A DNA stretch of 35,920 nt, taken from IMG/VR virus record IMGVR_UViG_3300025070_000018, one strand, 5' to 3'. A program made the translations under genes and the position numbers. The notes beneath the pieces were generated by a model that saw only the letters and a program-made list of their open reading frames with translations, searched no databases and was not told the DNA's origin. Shown piece by piece: positions 25,090 to 34,550 of the stretch (positions within the stretch are counted from its first letter, which is position 1; each line of letters starts with the position of its first letter). The stretch is from an uncultured virus (IMG/VR IMGVR_UViG_3300025070_000018). Lineage: Duplodnaviria > Heunggongvirae > Uroviricota > Caudoviricetes.

Positions 25090-25557
25090 ATGACACAGGC
25101 TACTAAGACAACTCGAATAACGCGAGCTTCGGGTACTCGCAAAAAGACGTGGACTCCACCGAGCAAATTGGAAACTCCAAAAGCTCCAGAGGGTGTTCAC
25201 TATAGATGGGTTCGACATGAACTCTTGGGTGATGATCACGCAGGAAATGTTCATGAAAGAACACGTCAAGGATACGAGCCAGTTAGACCAGAAGAACTTG
25301 GCGGCGACTGGCAAGCGGATGTTTTAGACACAGGTAAACATGCGGGTATAGTTAGAACAGGTGATTTGATTTTGATGAAGGTTGATCAAGAAATTGCTGA
25401 CCAAAGAAACGAATACTTTTCTGACAAAACCAAAGCTGCAGAGGGAGCAGTCAACTCTGAGTTGCAGAAAAACAATAGCGCAGTTGCACCTATAAGCCAA
25501 GACGAACAATCTTCCGTCTCAGTAGGCGGGGGAAGGAACGCAAAGTTTGAGGACTAA
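25090..25557 (+). CDS. Conserved head-module protein
   Basis: WTPPSKL..PEGVHYRWVR..GYEPVR..GDLILMK. Confidence 0.75.
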   Translation: MTQATKTTRITRASGTRKKTWTPPSKLETPKAPEGVHYRWVRHELLGDDHAGNVHERTRQGYEPVRPEELGGDWQADVLDTGKHAGIVRTGDLILMKVDQEIADQRNEYFSDKTKAAEGAVNSELQKNNSAVAPISQDEQSSVSVGGGRNAKFED

Positions 25558-25605
25558 TCGTTTGATTACCTCTGCTTTGCAACATAATAACAACGGAGGT
25601 AAAAC

Positions 25606-26205
25606 ATGGCATATGGTTTAAAACCAGTCAAGCACGCTAAAGGTGGTCTCGTAAGAACCAATAACTTTAGTGGTGTTAATGGTTACAGAGTTGCTGCCAC
25701 TGCTCCTAGTGCATTCTTCGAAGGCGATCTCGTGACTTTCTCAGGAGGTAACATTGTTACCGATATGGGAGCAGCATCACCAGGCGCAGTCGTAGGTGTT
25801 TTCTGGGGCGCAGAATATGTAGACAATGCATCAGGCGAAGTAAAATTTGTCAGAAGCATTCCAGCATCAACTGTAGCTAAAGATAAGTACAAAGTGTACG
25901 TATATGATGATCCAGATATCATCTTTCAAATCGAAGCAGATCAAGATACAACAGCTATCGCAGCTGCTGACGTAGGTAAGAACGTACAAATCGTAGCATC
26001 ACCAACAGGTAGTGCTATCACACACAAATCAGGTCTTGTAGCAGATTCTAGCACAAAGAACACAACTAACACATTCCCACTAACTGTACTAGCTAGTGCG
26101 GAGTTAGATGATTCTTTCACATCAGCTGGAACATCTATGGATATTTTGGTGAAAATAAATACTCATCAATTTGGACTAGGCGCTACTGGCGTAACAGGTA
26201 TATAG
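25606..26205 (+). CDS. Putative capsid decoration/minor head protein
   Basis: MAYGLKPV, FEGDLV, VGVFWG, VYDDPD; immediately upstream of MCP. Confidence 0.65.
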   Translation: MAYGLKPVKHAKGGLVRTNNFSGVNGYRVAATAPSAFFEGDLVTFSGGNIVTDMGAASPGAVVGVFWGAEYVDNASGEVKFVRSIPASTVAKDKYKVYVYDDPDIIFQIEADQDTTAIAAADVGKNVQIVASPTGSAITHKSGLVADSSTKNTTNTFPLTVLASAELDDSFTSAGTSMDILVKINTHQFGLGATGVTGI

Positions 26206-26216
26206 GAGGATAAATT

Positions 26217-27125
26217 ATGGCTATATCAAGAGCACAAATCCTTAAAGAACTTGAGCCAGGTCTTAATGCGATTTTTGGTACTGAATACAATAGGTACGAA
26301 AATGAGCACGCCGTCTTGTTCGATGAGGAAACATCAAACAGAGCTTTCGAAGAAGAAGTACTCTTCCCAGGCTTTGGTAATGCAGGTGAGAAGTTCGAAG
26401 GTGCACCAGTATCTTACGCCGATTCAGGTGAAGGATATGTATCACGATACACTCACAAAACTGTAGCATTAGCATTCTCATTAACTGAGGAAGCTATGGA
26501 AGATAACTTATATGATAAGTTGTCAACCAGACTAACTAAAGCTTTAGCAAGAGCGATGGCTTCTGCTAAGCAACTTACTGCAGCTAACGTGTATAACAAC
26601 GCATTCAGCGGTTCATACACAGGCGGTGATGGGCAACCATTAATTTCTAATGCACACCCATTACAAAACGGCGGTTCAGGTTCTAACAGACCTGCTACTT
26701 ACGCTGACTTATCTGAGACATCATTAGAAACAGCATTAATTGATATTGCTGGTCTAACAGATGACAAAGGTGTGCCAGCTGCAATTCAAGGTAGAACCTT
26801 ACACATCCCAAGACAATTAGTATTTGTTGCCGAGAGATTAATGAAATCTCCAAACAGAGTAGCAACTGCTGACAATGATATCAATGCTATCAACTCTATG
26901 GGTATGCTTCCTGGTGGATACTATGTGAACCACAGATTCACAGACACTGATGCATTCTTCATTAGAACTGATGCTCCTAACGGTATCAAAATGTTCAACA
27001 GAGCAGCTATGAATACTAAGATGGAAGGTGACTTTGAAACAGGTAATGTACGATACAAAGCCAGAGAAAGATACAGCTTCGGTTGGTCTGACTGGAGAAG
27101 TGTCTACGGAAACCAAGGTGCTTAA
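26217..27125 (+). CDS. Major capsid protein
   Basis: MAISRAQILKELEPGLNAIFG...TEEAMEDNLY...DFETGNVRYKARERYSFGWSDWR; strong RBS; terminator follows. Confidence 0.92.
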   Translation: MAISRAQILKELEPGLNAIFGTEYNRYENEHAVLFDEETSNRAFEEEVLFPGFGNAGEKFEGAPVSYADSGEGYVSRYTHKTVALAFSLTEEAMEDNLYDKLSTRLTKALARAMASAKQLTAANVYNNAFSGSYTGGDGQPLISNAHPLQNGGSGSNRPATYADLSETSLETALIDIAGLTDDKGVPAAIQGRTLHIPRQLVFVAERLMKSPNRVATADNDINAINSMGMLPGGYYVNHRFTDTDAFFIRTDAPNGIKMFNRAAMNTKMEGDFETGNVRYKARERYSFGWSDWRSVYGNQGA

Positions 27126-27136
27126 TCACTAATTCG

Positions 27137-27172
27137 GATAGGGGGTTTACCATAAAGGTGCCCCCTTCCTTT
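27137..27172 (+). terminator. Probable intrinsic terminator after MCP
   Basis: GGAtAGGGGGtttACC-ataaa-GGTGCCCCCTTCC followed by TTT. Confidence 0.6.
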
Positions 27173-27227
27173 AACTATTAACACCATAGACTGCAAAAGC
27201 AGACTATATAACAAAGGAGTATAGACT

Positions 27228-27431
27228 ATGGGAACAACAACTTTTTCAGGACCAGTAAACACACAATCTGTTATTGGTCTTAACGTATACACAGTGGCTA
27301 CTGCACCAGATGGTGTAGAAGGTCAAATTGCATATTTCTCAGATGGAGCTGCAGGGTCTGCAATCTTAGCTTTCTATGATGGAAGCAACTGGAAAAGATG
27401 CGACACTGGTGCTACAATAGCATCGTCTTAA
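27228..27431 (+). CDS. Small virion structural protein
   Basis: MGTTTFSGPV..AFYDGSNWKR; AAGGAG RBS. Confidence 0.75.
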   Translation: MGTTTFSGPVNTQSVIGLNVYTVATAPDGVEGQIAYFSDGAAGSAILAFYDGSNWKRCDTGATIASS

Positions 27432-27474
27432 TTTTAACGGGGGAGGCAACTCCCCCACAACAAGGAGTTTATAA

Positions 27475-27780
27475 ATGGTAAGATCAGATTTAAGACCCGT
27501 AACCAGAACAACAGACGGTCGTGTGACTTACACTGATGGTGGTTCAGACTACGTAGGAAGAACAAGACTACAAGGTATGATTATTGCTAATGATGGTGTG
27601 GGTGCAGGTAGCGTGGTTTTCTATGACAATACATCTGCAACAGGTACAGCTTTATTAACTATTGACGTACCTCAAGGTGATGTAATGAACATTGGATTAC
27701 CAGATGCAGGTGTTCTTTTTAAAACAGGCATTTACGTAGATTTAACAAACATTTCACGAGTAACTTTATTCGTTCAGTAA
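27475..27780 (+). CDS. Putative virion structural protein
   Basis: Beta-rich, GVLFKTGIYV; AAGGAG RBS. Confidence 0.75.
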   Translation: MVRSDLRPVTRTTDGRVTYTDGGSDYVGRTRLQGMIIANDGVGAGSVVFYDNTSATGTALLTIDVPQGDVMNIGLPDAGVLFKTGIYVDLTNISRVTLFVQ

Positions 27781-27789
27781 GGGGGGCAC

Positions 27790-28503
27790 GTGGCAACTTC
27801 TGGCACATACACGTTCAGCCTTGACATAGCTGAAATAATACAAGAGGCGCACGAGCGCGTCGGATTAGAACTCAAGTCGGGTTACGACTTAGTAACAGCT
27901 AGACGTTCGCTCAACTTACTTCTGACTAAATGGGTTAATGAAGGCGTGAATTTATTCACTCTTGATTTAACAACAATTAATCTTACACAAAATCAATCTA
28001 CATTCTCTATTGGTTCAAATCAATATCTTGATATATTAGATGCTAGTGTACGTGACACTAACAGCACACCTTCAACAGATACAGCTTGTGAAAGAATCAG
28101 TTTATCTGAATATTTAAACTACCCAAACAAATCTACAAAAGGCAAGCCTGTTCAATATGCAGTTGAACGTAACAGCCAGTATGATTCCTCAGGCGTAGCA
28201 TCTCACACAGGATATTTATTTCCTGTACCTGATCAAACATATTATCAATTACTTTGCTGGACTATTAGATATCCGCAAGATGTAACAGATACATATACAC
28301 AAAACCCAGATATCCCTAGAAGATATTTACCAGCATTAATTAGTGGGCTAGCTTTTGAAATAGCTAATAAAAATCCTGCTAAAGTAGATGCCGCTAGACG
28401 TGGTGAATTGAAATCTATTTATGTGGAAGAGTGGCAGTTTGCAAAAGAAGAGGATAGAGAAAGAGCAAGTTTTTATATTCAACCTAAGATTCGCGGGTAC
28501 TAA
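27790..28503 (+). CDS. Head-tail adaptor / tail tubular protein A-like
   Basis: ATSGT..IIQEAHER..ARRSLNLL..W.NEGVNL..PNKSTKGKP.QY..FPVPD; GTG start. Confidence 0.7.
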   Translation: MATSGTYTFSLDIAEIIQEAHERVGLELKSGYDLVTARRSLNLLLTKWVNEGVNLFTLDLTTINLTQNQSTFSIGSNQYLDILDASVRDTNSTPSTDTACERISLSEYLNYPNKSTKGKPVQYAVERNSQYDSSGVASHTGYLFPVPDQTYYQLLCWTIRYPQDVTDTYTQNPDIPRRYLPALISGLAFEIANKNPAKVDAARRGELKSIYVEEWQFAKEEDRERASFYIQPKIRGY

Positions 28504-28508
28504 GGGCG

Positions 28509-29351
28509 ATGGCTAAAAGAGCTTCAGGTAAATATGCATATCTGATAGACGATCGTTCTGGCAGGAAGATACGATACAAAGATGCGCGAACAGAGTGGAA
28601 TGGGCTTCGAGTTTACAAAAAAGATTGGGAGCCCAAACACCCGCAACTCACACCACCTAAGCTCGGACCCGAAGCAACATCATTAGAAAATCCTAGACCT
28701 GATAGTGACAACGTACCTACAACAGTACGTTTTGGTATCTATGGTTCTGGGTATTCACCACCAGCACAAGTAGCATTTGGATCTATAAGTATCGCAGTTA
28801 GAGAAGAAGCAGATTCTTTAATAATGCAAACTGCTTTTAGCATCCCAACAATTGCCACAGGTTACACACTTATCGGTGAAGCACTATCTTCTACACGTGG
28901 TTCCGTGACTATCAATACTGCAGAGGATGCGGATTCACAATTATTACAAACAGCACTCGGTTCATTTAGTTTCAGTGCGCAAGAAAACGTGGTTGGTCAG
29001 TCAGCGACTACAGCAAAAGGTAGTCCAACATTTAGTGCTAGCTCAACCGCTGATCCAACAGGGCAATCTTTAGCTTCAGAGCACGGAGCTGCAGGATTAA
29101 ATTTTAGTGGTACTGAAGTACCTGCTGGTCAAGAATTAACATCTGGCATAGGCTCTCTAACATTCCAATCCAGTTCTACAATAACATCACCAAATCAATC
29201 AGCTGCAACTGGCATCGGTACTCCAACAATTAATACAGGAGAAGACGTGAACGGGTTGCAACTTTCAACAGGATTTGGTACAATATCAATTGCAATAGAC
29301 AACACAGGATGGGGTGCAGATTCCTGGGGTGCTAATGCTTGGGGTACATAA
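28509..29351 (+). CDS. Structural protein with conserved N-terminal domain and Gly/Ser/Thr-rich repeats
   Basis: ASGKYA..DRSG..EWNGL..WEPKHPQL..PRPD, then ~20-aa repeats and GWG..WG..WG. Confidence 0.7.
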   Translation: MAKRASGKYAYLIDDRSGRKIRYKDARTEWNGLRVYKKDWEPKHPQLTPPKLGPEATSLENPRPDSDNVPTTVRFGIYGSGYSPPAQVAFGSISIAVREEADSLIMQTAFSIPTIATGYTLIGEALSSTRGSVTINTAEDADSQLLQTALGSFSFSAQENVVGQSATTAKGSPTFSASSTADPTGQSLASEHGAAGLNFSGTEVPAGQELTSGIGSLTFQSSSTITSPNQSAATGIGTPTINTGEDVNGLQLSTGFGTISIAIDNTGWGADSWGANAWGT

Positions 29352-30040
29352 TGGGATTAACATATAATCAACTTAAACAAAACGTGCAAGATTGGCTAGA
29401 AAATTCAGCCGTATCTTTTACAACAGCAACAGGTAGCGGTAAAGCTCCTATTGATTTGTGTATTGAATTAGCTGAATTACGTATAGCAAAAGAGACAGAC
29501 CTTACTGCCTTCAGAAAAATTTCAACACTATCCTTGACAGGGGGCACGGCAACAGTAGCAGTACCTTCTGACATGGTTATACCAAGATACTTAAGGATTC
29601 TGAATGGAGATTTCTTATTAGATAAAGATGAATCATTTATCAAAGAGTACAATAAGAATCCGTCGAGTACGGGCACAGTTAAATACTATGCCTTAAATCA
29701 AACTGGAACAACATATACAAGTGGAAATCGACAAACTAATTTCTTGTTTGGACCAACTCCAGCCCTTGCAACAACAGTAGAAATAGGGTATACTATTAGA
29801 GTTCCAGGGTTATCACCAAGCAATCAAAACACTTATCTAGGTGATAATGCCCCAGACGCCATACTATACGGTACACTGATTGAAGCTATAGGATATATGA
29901 AAGAGACACCTCAAGTAATAGAACTATGGCAAGGTTATTACAATCGAGCAATCCAAACATTGGCGAATGAGGAACAAGTAAGAATGCGAAATGATGAGTT
30001 TCGTAATGGTGAACTAAGAACAATGCAGAGAGGACAATAA
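29351..30040 (+). CDS. Second adaptor-like virion protein
   Basis: TYNQLKQNVQDW, IELAELRI, FGPTP, YLGDNAPDAILYGTLIEA; TAATG coupling. Confidence 0.7.
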   Translation: MGLTYNQLKQNVQDWLENSAVSFTTATGSGKAPIDLCIELAELRIAKETDLTAFRKISTLSLTGGTATVAVPSDMVIPRYLRILNGDFLLDKDESFIKEYNKNPSSTGTVKYYALNQTGTTYTSGNRQTNFLFGPTPALATTVEIGYTIRVPGLSPSNQNTYLGDNAPDAILYGTLIEAIGYMKETPQVIELWQGYYNRAIQTLANEEQVRMRNDEFRNGELRTMQRGQ

Positions 30041-30043
30041 AGC

Positions 30044-30499
30044 ATGGCAATTACATCAGCAATATGTAATAGCTTTAAACAAGAGATTTTACAAAGTAAA
30101 CACGACCTAACTAATGGTTCAGGTAATACTTTTAAGATTGCTCTGATTAAAGCTGAATCAGCCCAAAGCGGTACTTATGGCGCCTCGACCACAAATTACA
30201 CAGACGTAACTGGAAACAGTGATGAGCTAGCTAATGGTAGTGGATATACTACAGGTGGTAACACTTTAGTAAGTGTAACTCCTACATTAGATGGATCAAC
30301 AGCAGTTTGTGATTTTGCTAATACATCATGGTCAAGTGCTACATTTACTACAAGAGGTTGTATAATTTATAACACAGACGATTCTAACTCAGCCTTAATG
30401 GTGTTAGATTTCGGAGCAGATTATTCGGTTTCTAATGGTACATTTACCATTGAGTTTCCAACAGCAGACGCAAGTAACGCAATTATAAGGATTAGTTAA
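30044..30499 (+). CDS. Conserved tail-associated protein
   Basis: MAITSAICNSFKQEIL..FKIAL..GYTTGG..LDFGAD..GTFTIEFP. Confidence 0.75.
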   Translation: MAITSAICNSFKQEILQSKHDLTNGSGNTFKIALIKAESAQSGTYGASTTNYTDVTGNSDELANGSGYTTGGNTLVSVTPTLDGSTAVCDFANTSWSSATFTTRGCIIYNTDDSNSALMVLDFGADYSVSNGTFTIEFPTADASNAIIRIS

Positions 30500-30999
30500 T
30501 GGCATCTACCTGGAGTAACGGTGGTTTAAACTTACGTTTAATGACCACAGGTGAGAACGATAACACCTGGGGAGATCAAACGAATGATAACTTAAAACGT
30601 CTTGAGAACAAGATTACAGGTTATGCTTCTGTTTCATTATCAGGTACAACACACACATTAACATTTACTACTGACCCCACTTCTTACACTGACGAAGATG
30701 GAAGAAACTTTGTCCTTAACTTCGGAGGTTCACCAGGGGGCACTTGTACGGTTACCATACCTGCACTAGAAACAGTGTACATGGTGCTGAACAATACAGC
30801 AGATAGTAATGACATAATCCTAACAACTGGTAGTGGTACAACATTTACTGTACCTGCTGGGCGTGACGCGTTTGTTTATTCGGATGGTACTAATGTAGCT
30901 AATGCATTAGCTGACCTCCAAGTTACAACAGTAAATGGTACAGATTTAACAACTGTTCCATCAAGTGGATTCGTAATCGCAATGGCGATTGCATTATAA
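30499..30999 (+). CDS. Tail fibre-related protein
   Basis: TGENDNTWGDQTN, YSDGTNV, C-terminal IAMAIAL. Confidence 0.7.
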   Translation: MASTWSNGGLNLRLMTTGENDNTWGDQTNDNLKRLENKITGYASVSLSGTTHTLTFTTDPTSYTDEDGRNFVLNFGGSPGGTCTVTIPALETVYMVLNNTADSNDIILTTGSGTTFTVPAGRDAFVYSDGTNVANALADLQVTTVNGTDLTTVPSSGFVIAMAIAL

Positions 31000-31010
31000 A
31001 GGAGTAAGGA

Positions 31011-31337
31011 ATGGCACAAAATTTTAGAAGATATACTTCTAACGCGGTAGGAACTTCCGCAGCTACCCTCTTTACTGCAAACTCATATGATACTGTAGTT
31101 GGAATCTCAGTCGCAAATATTACATCTAGCGCTATTAACGTAGATGTATATATTAATGATGCAAGTAATGATATTTACTTGGTCAAAGATGCGCCGATTC
31201 CTGCAGGTTCATCTTTGCAGGTATTAGACGGTGGCGCGAAATTCGTAGTCCAATCGGGCGATGCATTAAAAGTAATTTCTGATACAGCATCTTCAGCTGA
31301 CGTATGGGTTTCAGCAGTAGATGATATATCAACATAA
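31011..31337 (+). CDS. Tail-associated beta-sandwich protein
   Basis: MAQNFRR..LVKDAPIPAGSSL..KFVVQSGDALKV. Confidence 0.75.
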   Translation: MAQNFRRYTSNAVGTSAATLFTANSYDTVVGISVANITSSAINVDVYINDASNDIYLVKDAPIPAGSSLQVLDGGAKFVVQSGDALKVISDTASSADVWVSAVDDIST

Positions 31338-31347
31338 GGAGTAAGAA

Positions 31348-31998
31348 TTGAGTTATATAGGGAATCAACCAGCCGAGAAGTATACAACCTTCTCTGTTCA
31401 GCACTTTACAACTAGTGCTACAACTACATATACGCTTGATCACCCTGTAGCAAATGAAAACGAGATTGCTCTTTTCATCAATAACGTGCGCCAAGAACCT
31501 GGGTCATCTTATGCTTATACAGCAGACGGAACTAACCTAGTGTTATCAGCAGCAACTGCTGGAACTGATACAATGTATTGCGTATTTATTGGTAAAGCAG
31601 TGCAAACAATTACACCAGGTGCTAACAGTATTACTGCTAACATGTTTAACAGTAACACATCATTTGAATTTCCAACACAACTATATGTAGCTGAAGCAAC
31701 ATTAACTGATGGAGCAACGATCAGTTGGAACTTAGAAACACAACAAGTAGCTAAAGTAACTCTAGGTGGTAACAGAACACTAGCGGCTCCAACCAATCAA
31801 AATGCTGGAGGCTTTTATGGTCTAATGATTATTCAAGATGGTACAGGATCTAGAACTCTTAGCTTCAATACTGTATACAAGTTTACTAACGGGATAGCTC
31901 CTACATTAAGTACGGCAGCTGCCGCAAAAGATATTCTAGTATTTAGAAGCGATGGTACAAATTTATATGAAGTAGGAAGGAGCGTCAACGTAAGCTAA
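31348..31998 (+). CDS. Tail fibre-related protein
   Basis: SYIGNQP..NNVRQEP; C-terminal TLGGNRTL..IQDGTGSRTL..SDGTNLY; TTG start after AAGGAG. Confidence 0.7.
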   Translation: MSYIGNQPAEKYTTFSVQHFTTSATTTYTLDHPVANENEIALFINNVRQEPGSSYAYTADGTNLVLSAATAGTDTMYCVFIGKAVQTITPGANSITANMFNSNTSFEFPTQLYVAEATLTDGATISWNLETQQVAKVTLGGNRTLAAPTNQNAGGFYGLMIIQDGTGSRTLSFNTVYKFTNGIAPTLSTAAAAKDILVFRSDGTNLYEVGRSVNVS

Positions 31999-32609
31999 TG
32001 TTTGCTCTAGTAGAAAATAATCAATTCGTTAAGACAGTATCTTCTAGCAAAGGGATTGAACTTAACGGTGTACAATATCCTAAAACAATTTTCACATTAT
32101 GGACTGAAGCAGAAAGGAATGCGATAGGACTTTATGAGATCAATGTTAATTCGGAAAACAAAAAGGATGAAGCGTATTACATTAATACGAACATCACATA
32201 CGCTTTTAACGGTGGGACTGTTACTGGTTCTTACGGTACTTCTACCGCTAAACCTTTAACTAATATTTTATTTACTGAAGAAGATGAGATTCCTTCTGAT
32301 AGAGTCGTGGGTGATATCAAACAGTATGGATTAAAAGAACAAAAGATTTCTATTATTAAACAACAAGCTGCAGGCTTATTAGCGCCAACAGATTGGCATG
32401 TAGTTAAAGCAGCAGAAGTTGCAGAGTATTCTGTACCTACAGATATCTCTACATACAGAGCTGCAGTTCGTACAGCATCTAATGATATGGAAACAAAGAT
32501 CAATGCGGTAGCAGATGTAGATGCACTGAAAACTTTATACGAATACACAGAACAAGAAGATGAAACTTTTACTAGACCACTTGGTGAGTTTCCAAAGGAG
32601 ATCGAATAA
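31998..32609 (+). CDS. Tail fibre assembly chaperone-like protein
   Basis: LLAPTDWHVVK..YRAAVR motif. Confidence 0.65.
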   Translation: MFALVENNQFVKTVSSSKGIELNGVQYPKTIFTLWTEAERNAIGLYEINVNSENKKDEAYYINTNITYAFNGGTVTGSYGTSTAKPLTNILFTEEDEIPSDRVVGDIKQYGLKEQKISIIKQQAAGLLAPTDWHVVKAAEVAEYSVPTDISTYRAAVRTASNDMETKINAVADVDALKTLYEYTEQEDETFTRPLGEFPKEIE

Positions 32610-33199
32610 TGGCTATATCTAAAATACAAGCAGAGAGTATGAATCTTGCAGATACTTATGACTTTACAGGTACTGTTACTGGAACACCAAACGATATGGT
32701 TCAAGTTGCTAGTGCTACAGGCGGTGGTACAGCAACACAAGTATTTAATGGGTGTTTTACAAGCACTTATAAATTTTATTTAGTATTAGCTAGTTATAAT
32801 TTATCTGCAACAGGTACTGTAAGTTTTAGATTTCAAGATTCTTCTAATAATGAAATTACAACATCAAATTATTATAATGCAGGTCTTAATGGAAGAATGG
32901 AAATTGGAGGCTCTGGTGTAAGTAGTATTGGTAATTGGGGTGGAACATCAATTCATCATGGTAAAGTCTCTTTAAATGTAGCAGAGCCTAGTGTAAAAAT
33001 GTTTGTCTATAATCCATTTGCTAGTGAAAAAACAGTATGTGACACAGTATTTCACGCTCAAGATAATGCTAGTGGTTTTAATACTGTCTTTATGGGTACA
33101 ACTCTTGATTCAGCGACATCAGTGACTGGTATAAGGTTTTTAAACTATTCAGGTAATTTTAATTCAAGGTCTGAATTTAGAATATATGGGATAAAATAA
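32609..33199 (+). CDS. Fibre tip / receptor-binding module
   Basis: FTSTYKFY, VTGIRF, FRIYGIK. Confidence 0.65.
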   Translation: MAISKIQAESMNLADTYDFTGTVTGTPNDMVQVASATGGGTATQVFNGCFTSTYKFYLVLASYNLSATGTVSFRFQDSSNNEITTSNYYNAGLNGRMEIGGSGVSSIGNWGGTSIHHGKVSLNVAEPSVKMFVYNPFASEKTVCDTVFHAQDNASGFNTVFMGTTLDSATSVTGIRFLNYSGNFNSRSEFRIYGIK

Positions 33200-33513
33200 T
33201 GACAAACGAAAATAAAAAATTTGTAGTATCGCCAGAGAATCCTAAAGGAGTATTGGTAGATATGACATCAGAAGAAATAGCACAAAGAAAAAAAGATTTA
33301 GATGCTATACCTTCAGAACTTGATAGAGCATTAAACAGTCTTAGAGAGAAAAGAAACAATTTATTAGCCAAAACAGATTGGACTAGCAGTAGTGATTTAA
33401 CAATGTCTGATGCTATGACAACTTATAGACAACAACTTCGTGATGCTACAACAGGACTAGATACTGTAGAAAAAATAGAAGCATACGAATTTCCAACAGA
33501 GGTATTAAAATAA
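33199..33513 (+). CDS. Phage tail assembly chaperone
   Basis: LREKRNNLLAKTDW..YRQQLRD..FPT. Confidence 0.75.
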   Translation: MTNENKKFVVSPENPKGVLVDMTSEEIAQRKKDLDAIPSELDRALNSLREKRNNLLAKTDWTSSSDLTMSDAMTTYRQQLRDATTGLDTVEKIEAYEFPTEVLK

Positions 33514-33968
33514 TGGCATACATAGGTAGAGTACCACAGACTGGCGCATATCAACTCATAGATGATATCTCAGGATCATTCAACGGTACCTTAACAAGTT
33601 TCACTTTACAGTCTGGCTCGCAGAATATTTCTGTAGAGACAGAGCAGTCTTTAATCATCAGCATTTCAGGCGTTGTCCAGTACCCAAATACGGCGTACAC
33701 TGTTAGCGGCAACACGATTACATTCACCAGTGCCCCCCTTGCGACCGATACGTTTAGCGGCGTGCTGTTAGGAAATGTATTTGATATCGGAACTCCAACG
33801 GATGCAACCGTAGGGCAAGCATCATTGAGCTCCACATTCATCTCGCAAAACGCGCAGACATTTAACAACATAACAATTGGTGCAAGCAAGAACGCTTCAG
33901 CCGCAGGACCAATTACTGTCAGCGGAACTTTAACCATTCCATCTGGTAGTACTTTTGTGATAGTATAG
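33513..33968 (+). CDS. Tail fibre-related protein
   Basis: MAYIGRVP..SGVVQYP..ITFTSAP; C-terminal AGPITV..TIPSGSTFVIV. Confidence 0.7.
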   Translation: MAYIGRVPQTGAYQLIDDISGSFNGTLTSFTLQSGSQNISVETEQSLIISISGVVQYPNTAYTVSGNTITFTSAPLATDTFSGVLLGNVFDIGTPTDATVGQASLSSTFISQNAQTFNNITIGASKNASAAGPITVSGTLTIPSGSTFVIV

Positions 33969-33980
33969 TAGGAATAAATT

Positions 33981-34550
33981 ATGAGTACATTAGAAGTAAA
34001 TACAATAGCCCCTCAATCAGGAACAACAGTTACGATTGGTGGTAATGGAGATACAGTAACACTAGGGAGTGGTGCTACACAGAGTGGATTTGGTGGAACT
34101 AATACTCCTGCTTTTATGGCTCATCTTGGTTCTACTCAAACAGGTATCAGTGATTCTACAGAAGTAAAAGTAAATATTAATACTGAAGTATTTGATACAG
34201 ATAATGATTATGACAATTCAACTAATTATCGTTTTACACCACAAGTAGCTGGTAAGTATTTTTGTTATGGTCAAGTAACTATAAATGGTCTTAACCCAAG
34301 TAATATGTATCAAGGTATTACTAGAATTAAAAAGAATGGTAGTACAGTTTTAGGTCAATTATGGGATTATAGAACTGATGGTATTGGCTATACTATGTCA
34401 CCTTCTGTATCAGGTATTATAGAAATGAATGGCTCATCAGATTATATAGAGTTGTATATATATCATGTTAAAGGAACTAGCGACACTTCACAAATACAAC
34501 CTGGTCAAGATGAAACAAGATTTATGGCATATAAATTAATAGGAGCATAG
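33981..34550 (+). CDS. C1q/TNF-like domain fibre module
   Basis: NTPAFMA, EVFDTDNDYDNSTNYRFTPQVAGKY, MNGSSDYIEL. Confidence 0.7.
   Translation: MSTLEVNTIAPQSGTTVTIGGNGDTVTLGSGATQSGFGGTNTPAFMAHLGSTQTGISDSTEVKVNINTEVFDTDNDYDNSTNYRFTPQVAGKYFCYGQVTINGLNPSNMYQGITRIKKNGSTVLGQLWDYRTDGIGYTMSPSVSGIIEMNGSSDYIELYIYHVKGTSDTSQIQPGQDETRFMAYKLIGA

Larger units (their letters stand above)
6045..33738. repeat. Dispersed motif (A/T)GGGGG(G)CAC, 13 copies
   Basis: Plus strand near 6046, 13202, 14717, 20279, 24168, 27782, 29540, 30736; minus strand near 9057, 13053, 23451, 27158, 33730. Confidence 0.85.

Noticed and set aside
27439..27456. GGGGGAG-gcaa-CTCCCCC hairpin as a terminator
   Set aside because: No U tract on either side; more likely an mRNA stability or processing hairpin.
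13598..33937. Minus-strand ORFs in the structural arm (e.g. 21852-22307, 24853-25314, 32231-32740)
   Set aside because: Antisense shadows; the Ser-rich translations simply mirror Glu-rich sense codons.
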